Shown: positions 24,852-38,658, numbered from the stretch's first letter. The stretch: DNA of 64,000 nt from Octopus vulgaris (GCA_951406725.2 OX597822.1:82708001-82772000); one strand, 5' to 3'. Numbers and translations: made by a program. The notes: generated by a model from the letters alone, not told the origin.

Positions 24852-27800
24852 TTCAATTCCACTGCTTGGCATCTTGAGCAAATGTTATTTTCTCCACCTT
24901 ACACCAGTCCATAACTTGTAACTGAAATTTGGTAGATGTAAGCTGTATAGAAGCCCATTTGGTGGATTGTACTTAGTGTGTAACAAAATACAACCTTGTC
25001 ACACACTGTCATGCTGAATTACATTGGAGGTTAGCCTGATGGTGGAATGATAAGTCACTTGCACATTAATATAGGAGCATGGTAATTTAATTGACCAAAC
25101 TACTAAGATCCACCACCACATGCATACAAAGGAATAGGTGTCCTACATGTGTGTGAATGCATGAGTGTAGCAACCCTATGTATGTGTATATAGGGATTGG
25201 AGTGTTGAGCTTGTATAGGCATTTTTCAAAACAAAGATCTTACTTATAGTGCTCACTGCCAACGAAGCACTTTATAAATTTTAAAGCATTCAGTGATGGG
25301 TATGGATAGAAATAGTAACATTGTAAGCAGGGAAACCTGGATTTGGGGACCCTTTTTTTTTTTTAAGGTAAACTACAGGTTTTATTGAAAAGCATTGACA
25401 TATAACTATATATTATTATATACCTCTATGTATTATTGCACACACTTTTTTTTTTCTGTTTATTCTTTAAAATATAAGCATTTTGTATATTGTTATTCAA
25501 AACACTATTCTTCATTAGTACATTATCATTAATGACAATTTATCGATGTGAAAGTGAATGATAAGCAAATCTAGGTATTTATATATTAATTTATCTAATC
25601 TGCCACTTGTGCAATGATTCTGTAGTTTAAGATATGGGACATAAAGAGCACCTGTTATTAAGAGTGTCAATGTAAAGACAAATATTGTCAGCTACATACT
25701 CATACATATATACATGCATATTTGCAGTGAGATTCGGCACAATTTCTTTCTACCAGATTTCACTTAGCAAGCATTGGTTAGCCTAAGGCTGTTGTTGTAG
25801 TAGTAGCTGTAGCAGACGACACTTGTCCAAAATGTCTCACTGTGGGACTGAACCCAAATGGCACAGTTTCAAAATCTGCTAAACCATACAGCCATATCTG
25901 CCCTGAATATAAAATTGTGTGTGTGTGCATGCATGCACACACATACATAGTCATACATAGACACTTGTGTCTGTATACCACGGTGTTATGGCAAAAAAAA
26001 AAAAATTGACATAAAATGAAAATATAGTATAGCAGTCTGTGTTATTTCCCTTTATACTTGGTTGCCTTGACCTTTTGTCCTCTTCCAAGGTCATTTCAAA
26101 ATCAATAAAATAAGTACAAGACAAAGTACTTAAGGTCGCCATGATTATTACTAAAACCCTGGAAACTAGTTTCTAATGATTGAAAACAAAGGAAAAAATG
26201 GAATTCCAGAAAATTAACAATTTTAAAAGAGTTATTAAAATGTAGATTGATTATTTGTTAATCAGTAAAATCAGATATTTATGTAATGCTTTAATTAGAC
26301 TCTCAAATAGAATAAATCTAAAATAATGGCTTGGCTCCTTTAAAAAGGATCAAAACTGATATCTTTTATAAAATCCAATTTAACTACCTGATAAAATGAA
26401 AACGGAATCTATTCATTAAAGGTATTCATTAAGAGGAATATTTAATCACTTTTTTATTATCATCTTTAGGTGGTTGAACCACCAATGTATTACTCAGTTC
26501 ATTACCTACACTTTTGGTACTCATTCAACAGTCCACTTTGTTAAACCTTGTCTTCCGGTCTGAGTTTAAATTGATTTCCTGAGGCACTTAGTCCTACAGC
26601 AGCTACATAGGTTGTTATAGTTTCTTTTTCCTCTATCTGTAGTCTTAGATACTCTGCAAATATTATGTGTTCTCCTTCTACCTATGGTTAAGTCATTAAA
26701 AAACATATTTTCCTCCTTTTTAAAAAATAAAACAACAAAGAAATTTAATAGTAAATTTGCTGATTGAAGTTGTATCTAGTTTTGATTCTAAGCAGGAATT
26801 GCTTTACTTCATTATCATTTAACTTACCTTTTCCATGCTGCCATGCACTGGAAGGTTTGACCAGGTCCATCAATCTCCAATCTCAGCTTTGGCATGGTTT
26901 CTATGGCTGTCTACCCTTCCTATCACCAACCACTTTGCAATGTGTACTGGGTGCATTTTGTTTTCCCTTACCACCAGCATAATGTTCCTAGTGTCTTTTA
27001 GTAATGGTGTGGATGTTAACATTTTTCTCTTAGTTGAAGGCAGTAGAGCTAATCACCTATTAATGGATATTACTATTTAGAAAGAAGTCAAAAAGAAAAG
27101 TGAACAAGGTTTTTGATGGTTGTGTCTAATTTGTTCATTGTAAACATTATAAAATATTATAAAAAATCATCTTGAGTAACCATTGTGTAATTATATTTAT
27201 TTCCAAAATGGTTTCAGTAAATAACTTGTAAGCAGAGCTGTGTTGTTTAGAAAAATCACTTCACATTCACTGGGTTCTGGGTTCCATGACACTATAGAGT
27301 TCCTTGAACATAGAAGTGCCTTATACTGTACACTCAAACTGAGTGGAATTTGGTTAAAGGAAAACTGTACAGAAGCCTATCTTTGTGTATCTGTATATAG
27401 TTGTGTTGCTCTCGTTGTGTTCTGTAACTTAACAGTTTGACAAATAAATTGATAAAATGCAAGACAATTGAAATAAGTTTTGGGGTTAATGGAAATAACC
27501 TTAAAGGCCAGTGTGACTGCTGTCTAATGGTTCTTTTTTTAATATTGTCTAAAAGAACAGCTATCCTTACATATAACAGTCTGTAAATAGATACATATGC
27601 TGTTTTACCACAAATAAAATAAACACTTGATAGTTGTTTAAATCAGTAAAATTGGATATTTATATATTTTGATTAAGCTCTCAAATAGAATAGATTTTAA
27701 ATAATGGTTTGGCTCTTTTAAAAAAGATCAGAACTAATATCTTTTATAAAATTTGAATTGATAATTTGGGAATTAAAAGAAATTTTTATCAGGATAACAG

Positions 27801-28533
27801 TGGTAAATTAGAATTATCTCGTTATTTCCTATGTAGCAAGAAAAATAAATCTCTTCCAATCTTGTTGGTAAAATAAGCAGCACTTGACTCTGAATATAGG
27901 TTTGAAATAGGACTGGATTTAGACATGGAATTTAGCAAATCTAAATTTACAAGATTAATTAAGACAGTTTACATGAATGTTTGGAAGAACATACATATAT
28001 CATGTAATCAGTTAGGTAAAATGTGTTGTAGGAAAAGTATTGCAGAAAATGTGCACATTTGTTTCCATGTTTTACAAAGTCAACAGAAATGCATTAAAAA
28101 AATGTTCATATCAGTAGAATAATGTGTCGTAGAGTCACATGTAGGCAATCAGAAAATGGACTGCTTTAGAAAGGTAAAATAAGTGTGTTTTTAAACTTAG
28201 TAGAAGTTATTCTATTGAGGTTGTACTACCTGAACTACAGAAACAGATGAAAAGAAACAGCCACAGCTATTAAGAACAGTTGAGATAGGATGAGACAATC
28301 ATGTTCTTAACTGGCTTACAAACAAGCTGTCTGTCAGCAATGTCTTGATTGGCTAAAATAATACACCTGATAATAGTGCAAAATGGTCAACCAAATAATA
28401 GCTGATGGGTTTACTTATTTCTAATTGGTTACCCTTTTACTATAAAAAAAAACAATATATCCTCTCAAAATGTCCTTATTTTTAACTACAGAAAGCAGCT
28501 TCATATACCACTTTATTTCTTTTTTTGAGGAAT

Positions 28534-28803
28534 ATCATCATCATCATTTAAGGTCTGCTTTCCATGCTAGCATGGGTTGGACGATTGGACTGAGGACTGG
28601 CAAACGAGATGGCTGCACCAGGCTCCAATCTGATCTGGCAGAGTTTCTATAGCTGGATGCCCTTCCTAATGCCAACCACTCCAAGATTGTAGTGGGTGCT
28701 TTTACATGCCACCGACACGAGGGCCAGTCAGGTGGTACTGGCAACGACCTCGCTCAAATCATTTTACACATGCCACCTGCACAGGAGCCAGTCCAGCGGC
28801 ACT
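28534..28803 (-). mobile_element. RTE 3' tail, close to the young subfamily
   Basis: (CAT)n, CCATGCTAGCATGGGTTGGACG and GGCACGAGGGCCAG-like module as at 21050-21310. Confidence 0.88.
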
Positions 28804-29184
28804 TGAAACTATTTTCTGTTGTGATGTCAAGTTTATTGAGGCAATGTGACTTGCATAAAATGCCAATTATATTTTTGGTAGATATTTAATCCACAAACTT
28901 CTCTTACATTTCCCTCCATCATTTACTATAGCCACCTTGTCCTGTTCATTGATCCAGCCCAATCCTTTGTATCACCTCATCTATTCTCACTTCCCCCAGT
29001 GTCCCCTGAGGGCATGTCCCAGCACATTTTCATCATCATCTATCTCGCTATCATTCTATTTGCTTCTCTAATTCACCCTCCTTTGTTTTCCAACAGAGGT
29101 GTCCATGTGTCTACTCTACAGCAAGACATATCTGTCACTTCTCTATCTCAAATCTCTCAACTGGCACAAAGTAGCACCCGTTCA

Positions 29185-29388
29185 ATACTACTCCCCTTTC
29201 CCAGTTGAGGGGGTTTTGTCTTGCAAGGTACTTGATGACCCTGTCAGTGCTGGTGCCACATAAAAAGCACCCAGTACACACTGTAAAGGGGTTAGCATTA
29301 GGAAGGGTATCAGTCTGTAGAAACCATGACAAAACAATGGGACCTGGTGTGGCTCCTGGCCTTGCCAGTTCCTGTCAAACCATCCAAC
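29185..29388 (+). mobile_element. RTE 3' tail
   Basis: GCTGGTGCCACATAAAAAGCACCCAGTACAC...TTAGGAAGGGTATC...CCATCCAAC. Confidence 0.8.
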
Positions 29389-29598
29389 AAATTGTTCTCT
29401 TAGTTATTTATGACAATATTTTGTGTCTATGATATTGAAATATTGGTGTGCCCCAACCTCTTTTTTGCATTGTATATTTTTTCACAGCTGCTAAGGAATT
29501 TTATTCTCTTCCCAAATTTGGGATTATTGATGATAGTATAATAAATCTTGTAAAATAGCTTTTAACATTGATTTATTTATTTATTTTTTTAATTATAG

Positions 29599-29641
29599 AG
29601 ATTCAGTGAAGATTTTGAACGAATGGATTTAGGTGATTGTG
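29599..29641 (+). CDS. 43-nt exon of the host gene (RFSEDFERMDLGDC + 1 nt)
   Basis: T-rich acceptor ttattttttttaattatag, consensus donor G/gtaagt, purine-rich island in very AT-rich flanks; in frame with 14753-14841. Confidence 0.7.
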
Positions 29642-30330
29642 GTAAGTAATTAAATTAATATTATTACTTTTTAAAAAAAAAAAAAGAAATATTTTAATTA
29701 TTTCTACTCTTCTATTTATTTATTTTTAATATGATAATTTTTGAAGAAATCTGGTAGGAATGCTACCCTTTAGACGATTTTCCCCTGGCTTATACGATAT
29801 ATTATCTTGTTTTTGTACATATATCAGACTATATTGTCCAGTGTGTCCTTTTATAATTACAGATTGTTGAGTGCTGTGTCTTGGGAGAATCATTACGCAA
29901 ATTATAAAACCAGTTCAATTGGGATCCAATTCCATTTCTTTATTATTAGTCAGTTGGTTAAATATCTAATCAACTAATTAATCGACTGTGGCATAATGAC
30001 TCTCCCTAGACTCAACAAAATCTGTTTTAACACATGAATTTATACCATGAATCTTACAAACCAAATACAAAAATAAAATATTGTTGAGTGTGATTTGTAG
30101 AAAAATTGACTGCTGTTTCTAGCAGGTTGAGCAACTGTGCACTGAAACTTTTTTAATACAGTTAAACTATCAAATACGTAACCAACATTATACAGACATA
30201 ACAACATTGCATTACTTGCTTGACTTATTTATAAGAAGAATCAAAATATATTCAGTGGTGAAATATGAAAAGGGGATGAAAAAAAACAATTCATTAAAAA
30301 ACATTCAAAACCTAAAACGCTTGTAATGAA

Positions 30331-31106
30331 TATGTGGTCTGAACAATAAGTATCCAGACTGTTGCTATAGTAACGAAGCTAAAGCACAGAGAGTGAAGCC
30401 GCTTGGCACAGATTGACCTTGAACTCTGCTCTATGTACATGCGCACTAAGTTTTAATGTTCTAGTTCACTTCCACTGTTTACAGCAGTGCTTGGAAGGAA
30501 GGTGTGTAGCATGTGATCGTCACATTGAGCAGAGAATCTGCATCAAATTTTGCCAAAAGCTTGGCGATACCAGCTCAGAGACCTTCATCATTCTTGGCAG
30601 ACATGTTTTGTACCCAAATCTCCAGTGACAATGGACTGAACTGAACCGTAACTGATCTGCACATCCTCTGATAATTCACGTATGGTGATTCAACGATTTC
30701 CCCTCACAGCTGCAGGCACTTCTGCGATGCTTTTCCCAGTTCTGCTGGTTGCAGGTCTTCCAGAATTCCAGAACATTTATCATTATCGACATTTTCTCAA
30801 CCATCTTGGAAACATCTGAACCACTCGTACACTTGTGTGCAGCTCATACACTTTCTGTAACTTTGCGTAGGCCTCTTAGCAGGTATCGCTATGACAGTTT
30901 TCTCTGTTATGGTCAATGCGACAATCACACAGTACACACCTTCCTTCCAAGCACTGCTATAAACAGCAGAAATGAGCTAGAATGTTAAAACTTAGTGTGC
31001 ATGTACAGCAGAGTTTGAGGTTAATCTGTGCCAAGCGGCTTCATTCTCCATGCTTTAGCTTCATTACTATAGCAACAGTTTGGATACTTATTGATCAGAC
31101 CACATA
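30331..31106. mobile_element. Fold-back mariner derivative with ~200-bp inverted arms
   Basis: TA-TGTGGTCTGAACAATAAGTATCCA ... TGGATACTTATTGATCAGACCACA-TA; + strand EQRICIKFCQKLGDTSSETF, minus strand QVYEWFRCFQDG...ITIRELSEDVQISYGSVQSIV. Confidence 0.88.
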
Positions 31107-31392
31107 AGTAATGAAATGTGAAAGTACATTGTTTTGCTTTCTTTGCTATATGTGGACAGTTTTGTCAAGACTAAGTTAGATTATCTGGTGGAAATGACAG
31201 AGAAGTTAAGCTAGGTTTAAAGATGGAGACAGGAAGTAACAGCAGATGCTTGCAGTAAATCAAAGGTGTAGAGAGTGAGCTGTGGGTTTTGAGGGAGTAG
31301 TGTCCAAATGAGATAATAAAGACATTTTGATAAAACTATATAAAGATTGGAATTTCACTATTTTATATACATATAATATTAATATATCTATT

Positions 31393-31768
31393 GGTACAGG
31401 CATGGCTATGTGGTTAAGAAGCTTGATTCCGATTCATAAGTGGACAAGTCTTCTAAAGCCCCAGGCTAACCAAAGCCTTGTGAATGGATTTGGTAGAAAC
31501 TGAAAGGTGTGTATATGTATGCTTATGCACCCTTGTCTTGATGTCATGAGATAGTTTTAATTGAATGTCACTGACATACAAGCTATGTCACTCATTTCCA
31601 GTATTCTGTGAAAAATGTGTCTGGCCATTGGGAAATATTGCTTTGGTTGGAAACAGGTGAGTCTTGGCTATAGGAAGGGCATCCAGCTATAGAAAATCTG
31701 CCTAAACAAATTCTTCGTAACCCATGCAAGCATGGAAAAGTGAATGTTAAATGAAAGGTATGATGATA
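31393..31768 (+). mobile_element. CORE-type SINE with an RTE-derived 3' tail
   Basis: OR-like head, then AGGAAGGGCATCCAGCT, CCATGCAAGCATGG hairpin and ATGATGAT end. Confidence 0.8.
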
Positions 31769-31882
31769 TTAAGATTGGATTTACTATTGTTTTAGATTGA
31801 CCCAAAACAATTTTTAGAGTTTAGATCATATATATATATTATATATATATTTATATATGTGTGTGTGTGTGTGTGCGTGTGT

Positions 31883-32070
31883 ATGTAGTTGAAATTTACA
31901 TAAAAACAAGACAAAGACAGGTGTATAAAGAACAAGAAGGTGTATTAGTTTGATGCTCAAGAAGGTGAGAAAGTGTTTTATGTTTCAAGCCTACACTCTT
32001 CAACAGAAAGGAACATGAGGAAATAAACAGAGAAATAAAAAAAAACTTTCTGAGTTAGTGGTCAATCATG
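31883..32070 (-). mobile_element. Penelope-like terminal fragment with a decayed hammerhead variant
   Basis: Minus strand CTGTTGA-A-GAGT-GTAG-GCTT-GAAA-CAT (about 31979-32006), followed by a T-rich tail ending at a (CA)n/(TA)n tract. Confidence 0.5.
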
Positions 32071-32779
32071 GTCACTTATAAGATTTTGATTCAATTTTTA
32101 TTCTACTCATTTCCTTCTTTACATTTATATTCCCAATGCTCTTAAAATTCATTTTCATTTCACTGTGGAAATATTAGCAAAAGGCAGTATGTGAATAGAA
32201 AAAAAAATTATTCTCTTCGTTAAATAGTCAAAGAAAATCTCTTTCCAATACATTTTTATTAAAAGTAAGTAGGAACCTGACTTGCAACATTTGTTCTTGT
32301 CTTCCTAAATCAAGCTAATTAGGTATTGATGGTGATAATGCAGATAAAAGAAGAGCAAGGCTCATTGTGTTTGTGTGTGTGTGTGTGTGTGTTCATAAGA
32401 CCTGTAACAGCAATCATTATTTGCTACTAAGATAGAGTTTGTAAATATCAGATTTACAAGTGGAATTACCAGATGTATCTTGGATTACAACAATGTAACC
32501 CACACATTGAAATAAGTGTTCTCTGTTTCTGATGCTTTTTGCACTTGATGACATTGAAGATATGAGTTTTACTAAAGAGCTTGTAAATACATCTCTTTAT
32601 TCACCTTTTCAACAATATTCTCGTTTGGTGTCAATCCCAGTGACCAGGGGTGCTGAGTAAAAGCTGTCTTGTTTGCAGAGGCAGATTATTTCATCCAGAC
32701 ATTTTAAACTGTGTTCTTTGAAAGAACTACAGTACACTTGTAAGTGAATCACTTGGGGGATATGGCTCTGGGGTTTTGG

Positions 32780-33330
32780 TTGTTTGTGGGATGTAAAGGA
32801 ACATATCTAAGACTTTGGTTTTAGTCTGCTGGTCAGGTATGCAGTACATGCACTGCCAGGGGTAGTTAGCATACAACAGGCAGAGGATCTGACAAGTCTG
32901 CTAACATGAAATGTGAGGTTTCAGAGTATGTAGCTGTGTGGTAGGCAGTTGAGATAGGATAGTGATTAGTAGAGAACCTTGATAAGTGGAAAGACAGTGA
33001 GAATTTAGTATTTCAGCTGGGTTTGGATGTGGTCAGAGATGCATGTGTGAGATGAAACAAATTGATATCAAAAGTGGAGGATTGTGAAAGATTTGTTCAA
33101 AGCACTACCAGCATTTGCATGTAATGAAAGTAAAAGCCCAGAAGAGTTGTGAACATTGGAATCACTAAAGGTTTGAAGAATATATCCCAACACAGGAAGA
33201 GATATGGTTGAAGAACTGTTGTTGGTTTGGAAGGCAAGTAGAGGAAGCAGATGTATGTAGAGGATTAGGGGCATGGAGGATCTATATGTGTGTGGACACC
33301 ACTTTTCAGAGTGAATTGTAGCCTGAAAAG
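32780..33330 (-). mobile_element. Ancient LINE fossil (APE endonuclease region)
   Basis: Minus strand FSDSNVHNSSGLL resembles the GDFNVH motif; strong strand asymmetry; heavily decayed. Confidence 0.35.
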
Positions 33331-34082
33331 CAGATGAACGGCAGTTAAGAGATGAGATTTATCTCTTGGAAAGAAATAGGACATGTGGTTTGCACGTGAT
33401 TGAGTATATCTTAACTGCACAGTCATGTCTGCATCTCTTTACATTGAGTTCAGATCTTGCTAAGATATTCTTTACTCTGGGTTGATAAAATAAATACTGC
33501 ACTTGATTTAATCAACTATACTCACTTTCATATAAGTTGAGGTCTAGCATCTGTTAGAAATACATATATTTGTTCACTGGCAAGTATCAGTTAGGAAATT
33601 CACTGAAACAGGTCACCTAAGATACTGTCACTTGTGGGGTTTTTTCCCAAGCATTTACTATCAATTTTACTGCATTTAATCTGTGCATGGTATTCTCTGG
33701 AATATATATAAACTGATGCTATCATGTTCATTATCATAGTTACATTTATCTTTTAACACCATTGTTACTTCCCTTTACCTTATCTACATTTTGTTTATGA
33801 AAAATATTCTATCCTGACAATGTTCTTATTATTTTTGACCCAGGCCAACATTCCAGTTGTGACTATTCTGAGTTGTTGTGTTCCCCACACCTCTCCTTTT
33901 GATATGATGTCTCTAAATCTATATTGTGTATTTCCATTTTTTTAATGCCAAGGTGCAGTATGAAAATTATTGGCTGCTGTTTCAGATTACCACATAGTTT
34001 TCCCTGTTGGTTTCACTTATTATTCTTGTTCTGCACTAGTACAATTAATGTGGGAATACTATAACTAGAAGAGTTGTTTAAC

Positions 34083-34117
<35 letters not shown>

Positions 34118-34938
34118 TTTTATGAAAAGTTTTTACTTTTGGTACCTTAAAAGTAGACATGCATAGGAAAGAAACTTACAGCTGGGCAGGCTGTCCAAGG
34201 CCCATATTTATACCATTAAGGGCTTTTTTTTTTAAATAACCTATTTATTACAGTAGTTGTAGGTGAAGTCCAAAATCATGCCATTCTTTTTTTAAATGAA
34301 AAGGTGGTATTATTGTTTTTTGTTGTTTTATTTTTATATCATTCCTGATTTGTTTTGCAGTTGAGAGCTTGTCACTTAACAGAGTTTTCATTTGGGGGCA
34401 GTTGATTGATCTAGGCTGTTACTTGAAATTAATAATAATTTCAGCATTCATTTAGTCTTCATAAGAGCGTTTCAAATCTTGATAATGTCAGGTTTAATTA
34501 AATTTATAAACATTTAAATATATTGGGGGGTTTTTTGCAAAGTATGAGTCTTAATTTTTTTTTAATATTGAGGCACTTCAAGGATATATTTATCAGTAAA
34601 GATGCATATGTGGTAATTCTGTCATCATAATATGAGTTTTTCATATCACATTTTATTGCTATCTTAATCATTACAGTTATTAGTGTGGTCATGTATTATG
34701 ATTTTGTTTTTCAACTTCATATTATTGTTTCTAGTTATTTAACTCGGTTCTCATATTCTTCTGTGCATGGTGCTTATCATTCTTCAGAAACTAACATTCT
34801 AACCATCCCCCTCTAAATCTTTTAACTACATTTTTCTATACGGTTAAGGACAATAGCTCAAGCCTGTATTTGCTCTTGCTATGCTTCCCCTTCTTGCTCT
34901 CTCAGTTGGACTCTTCCAGTTATCTGCAGTAAGAAATC

Positions 34939-35038
34939 ATGGCAGTACTGGTAATAATATGTAAGGGTATCCTCAAATTTATTACCGAAAAGGCTACTGA
35001 AGAAGACCATCCACCTAGTGTAGTGGATTATGAACAAG
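34939..35038 (+). CDS. Probable alternative first coding exon (MAVLVIICKGILKFITEKATEEDHPPSVVDYEQ + 1 nt)
   Basis: ATG in Kozak-like aaatcATGG, in-frame TAA just upstream, donor AAG/gtaggc in phase 1 (same phase as 29641); possible acceptors ctctctcag/cttccag/ctgcag at 34899-34929. Confidence 0.5.
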
Positions 35039-36348
35039 GTAGGCTAATAACAGGAGTTCCTCTTTAGTTCTGTAATATTTATTTATTATTAGTTAATATG
35101 TTTTTTCTATCTTAACTTTCATTGACTAGTTTCATCATCTTTCTCTTAGTTCTCTCTCATCTCTCACTCATTTTTTTTTTCTCTTCTTTCCTCCCACTCA
35201 CCTTATCTGTCATATGCCACAAGCAGGTGACCAGTCGATTGCCAGCATAGAATATTACTTCTCTTCTTAGTGATTGCTATGTTAGTTTCTACGTCTTATT
35301 CTGCATTAGTTTTTCTTTCTATCCGCGTCTGTTAACAACAGTGGAATACTACAGCTGCACTGTATGTTGCTTGCTTTAACAAAACATCCGTACAATATTG
35401 ATGTTTACATGTTAGATATGTTGGCAACTTTGTTGTCCTGTAAAATTATTATTTTAGTTAAGATAGTGAATAATTCTTGGTTTCATGTTTGTAATAATAT
35501 TGGTTAGATTAATGGCAATACTGTTTAGAAATTGCAGCGTAACAGATTGGGATCAATATTTTAAAATTATAAATGTAACAATAATTAATATTTCAGAAAA
35601 GTCTCCAGTGTTTGTGGGTGGTAAATTATGGTATTCCTCTATTTATTTTATTTTCCTTTCTTTCTTTTTCGTATAGTGATGTAATATTCTGCATCATAAT
35701 TGAATGCTTTTAGACTGATATTTATTGATGTGCTTTATGGGACCTTTCGGTTATTGACCATTCAGATTATCATAAGCGTTTGCTGTTGCTACTTTATCAA
35801 TCTTTTTCTCTTCTCACATTTCCTATCCACTTATTTACGTTTCATAAAAGGATAGTCGTGCTGAGATTCTTTTAAATTCCAACAACTGCATATTTTTCCT
35901 TATCAACTTAAAACTGTTCTCATTGTTAAAAGATTTAAACTATTGACATTTCATTCAAACACTATTGAAAATACACCAGGACTGAATTATTTTGTACATT
36001 TCAAACTTATATAACATATAATGCCTTCAGTGTTTCTCTTTATTTTCTTATTTCTCTCTCTCTTCTACAATCTCAATGTATTATTACCTTGGCAGAGTTT
36101 GAACTTAGAAATGTGATACACTATACTGGCTACAGCAAAGTAGCTAGTCTAGTTAACCACCTTCTGTGTTAATCCCTTAGTCCTATTGATATTAATTATA
36201 GATTGTAACAGATTTCAGTCAATCAGGTTGTAACTTATTCAAATTGTAATTGTAAACTTACACCCAATAAAATTTTAGTGTTTGAGATTTTGGGATTGTA
36301 GTTACTTTACAAATCTCTGTTTCATTGTAAATCTCTTATTTAATTATA

Positions 36349-36351
<3 letters not shown>

Positions 36352-36416
<65 letters not shown>
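36352..36416. repeat. (GT)n microsatellite
   Basis: Directly visible. Confidence 0.95.
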
Positions 36417-36417
<1 letters not shown>

Positions 36418-36737
36418 GCATGAAAATGTTGTCAAAACTAGAGAATCTTAGGATGTTAACTTCACTGTCTTAAAATATTTTATAGGAACATTCTTAATCT
36501 AACATATAAAAAAGGCAAAAAATAAATAACATCGACACATTAAATTTGAAATATTTACTTTCTCTGGATGACTTGGTTATTCTATTTTATCACTTCTGTT
36601 AGAAAAGTAATTTTTCTAAATCATTCTGTTCGACTGTAGCTATGTGTATTTTTCAAACAGTCTGAAGTAAATTTTCTTTAAAGTACAAGATTCTTGTATA
36701 CATGGGGCTTTCTTAATTCATTGCTTTGAACATAAAC

Positions 36738-36902
<165 letters not shown>

Positions 36903-38339
36903 TTCTAGGTTACTTACCTCCATTGTCAAAATAGTGCTAAGCTCTAATCTATTCATAGATTTGGTAAGTTGCAATACAAGATGTTCTCACCCAAGTAACA
37001 TAAAGGTGGGTTTTGATCATAAAGTTAGGCTGTCTGCAGCAGCATATCTTTTGCCTTGATAAACAGAACCTTATCATTTTCTGGCTGGCTATAACTCACT
37101 ACAGAGTAGTAAGGGGAGGAATAGCTAAGTAAATTACCAACTGGCTAACTAGCAAGCAAACTTCTATTTCATCTTTCTATTATATTAATCTTGGATATTT
37201 ATTTTATATTATATATTAGAGATAATCTTTATCTAAAAAAATGATCAGAAAAAAAAAACTTATTTTTTTCTTAGACCAATTTATTGCAAATACTGTGAAA
37301 GGAGGAGAAAAAATATTTCCTGATGCACTTTTCTATTCATTCTAATAGAATATTGCCTTTCAGAAACTTTGTTTCAATCATATTTATATCCTCATGCTAC
37401 TAGTCCATCTGTATTTAATAACTTTTTTTACATTTTCTGATCTGTTCTTCCTCATATTTCCAAGATTTCTTATCTAACAGATTATAAATTTATCACAAAA
37501 AATTACTTGGATTTATTTTTCTTATTATGAGGTGGTTTTATTTATTTATTTTGTAGTTTAACCTGTATCTTAAAAAAAAGGTATTTTACTCAAAATCTTA
37601 CACACTATTCATGTAAGAATTTAGTAATATTTAGTCAAATCTTTTCATTATTTACTCAGTGCATAGAACATGAAAAATTCATACTGTAAAATTTATATGG
37701 AATGTTTTAATCTAAAATTGAATATTTTAGAACAAGAAATTGTGTAAGATGGAACTAGAGATGGTATCAAAAGAGTTAAATATTTCCAAATTAGCCTAAT
37801 TATCAAGAAGAAAATTAGCCAGAAGCTTCATTCATATAAGACAGTTATGTTACTATTATATTAATTTTAGCGCCTGATAAGTGATGTAGCTTTTCTCTTC
37901 ATCGAGATAACTGTAGCTTTATATGAGGGCTAAATTCTATCAAATTAATCGAATTATGGGTGAATTACCTTAACCTTTGGATCATGTCATCTTAACCTTT
38001 ATTAGTGCATGGGATATTTCTAACACAAATTCCACCTTCCAGTCTGCTTATCATTCTCATTAACATGTCATTTCGTTACAATCTTTATTAATTCCTTACA
38101 GAGACAATGTTTTTAATTACTTAATTCCAGTGTATAATACTGGTACTTATTTCATTATCTTGGAAAGATAAACACGAAAGTTGAACCAGAAGAATTTTAA
38201 TTCAAGAATAGAATGTTGCAACAATATCCTGTAATGGATTGGGTTTGAGGTTTGTTTGGGTGATGTTGGTGCAAGGCCTTAGCTTGCATTGGTTTGGGAA
38301 CACATCAGAAGAAGCAGAGAAGCACACACACACACTCTT

Positions 38340-38477
38340 GTTTTAGTCAATCAAATTGCCCTCAGCACTTATTTTTTAAGGCTTGGTACTTATTCTATCA
38401 GTCTCTTTTGCCAAACTGCTAAGCTACAAGGACGTAAGCAAAACACCAATTGTCAGGTGGTGGAAGGAATGGACAAG

Positions 38478-38517
<40 letters not shown>

Positions 38518-38658
38518 TATGCACACACACACATAGTTTCTATCTACCAAATTCCCTTACAAGGCATTGTTCAGCCTGGGACTATAGTAGAAGACACTTA
38601 CCCAAAACCCACATGATCACAAAGCAAGCATCTTAAATACACAACCATGGCTGCGCCT
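38340..38658 (-). mobile_element. CORE-type SINE
   Basis: GGTACTTATTCTATCAGTCTCTTTTGCCAAACTGCTAAG...TAGTAGAAGACACTT...CCATGGCTGCGCCT. Confidence 0.8.
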
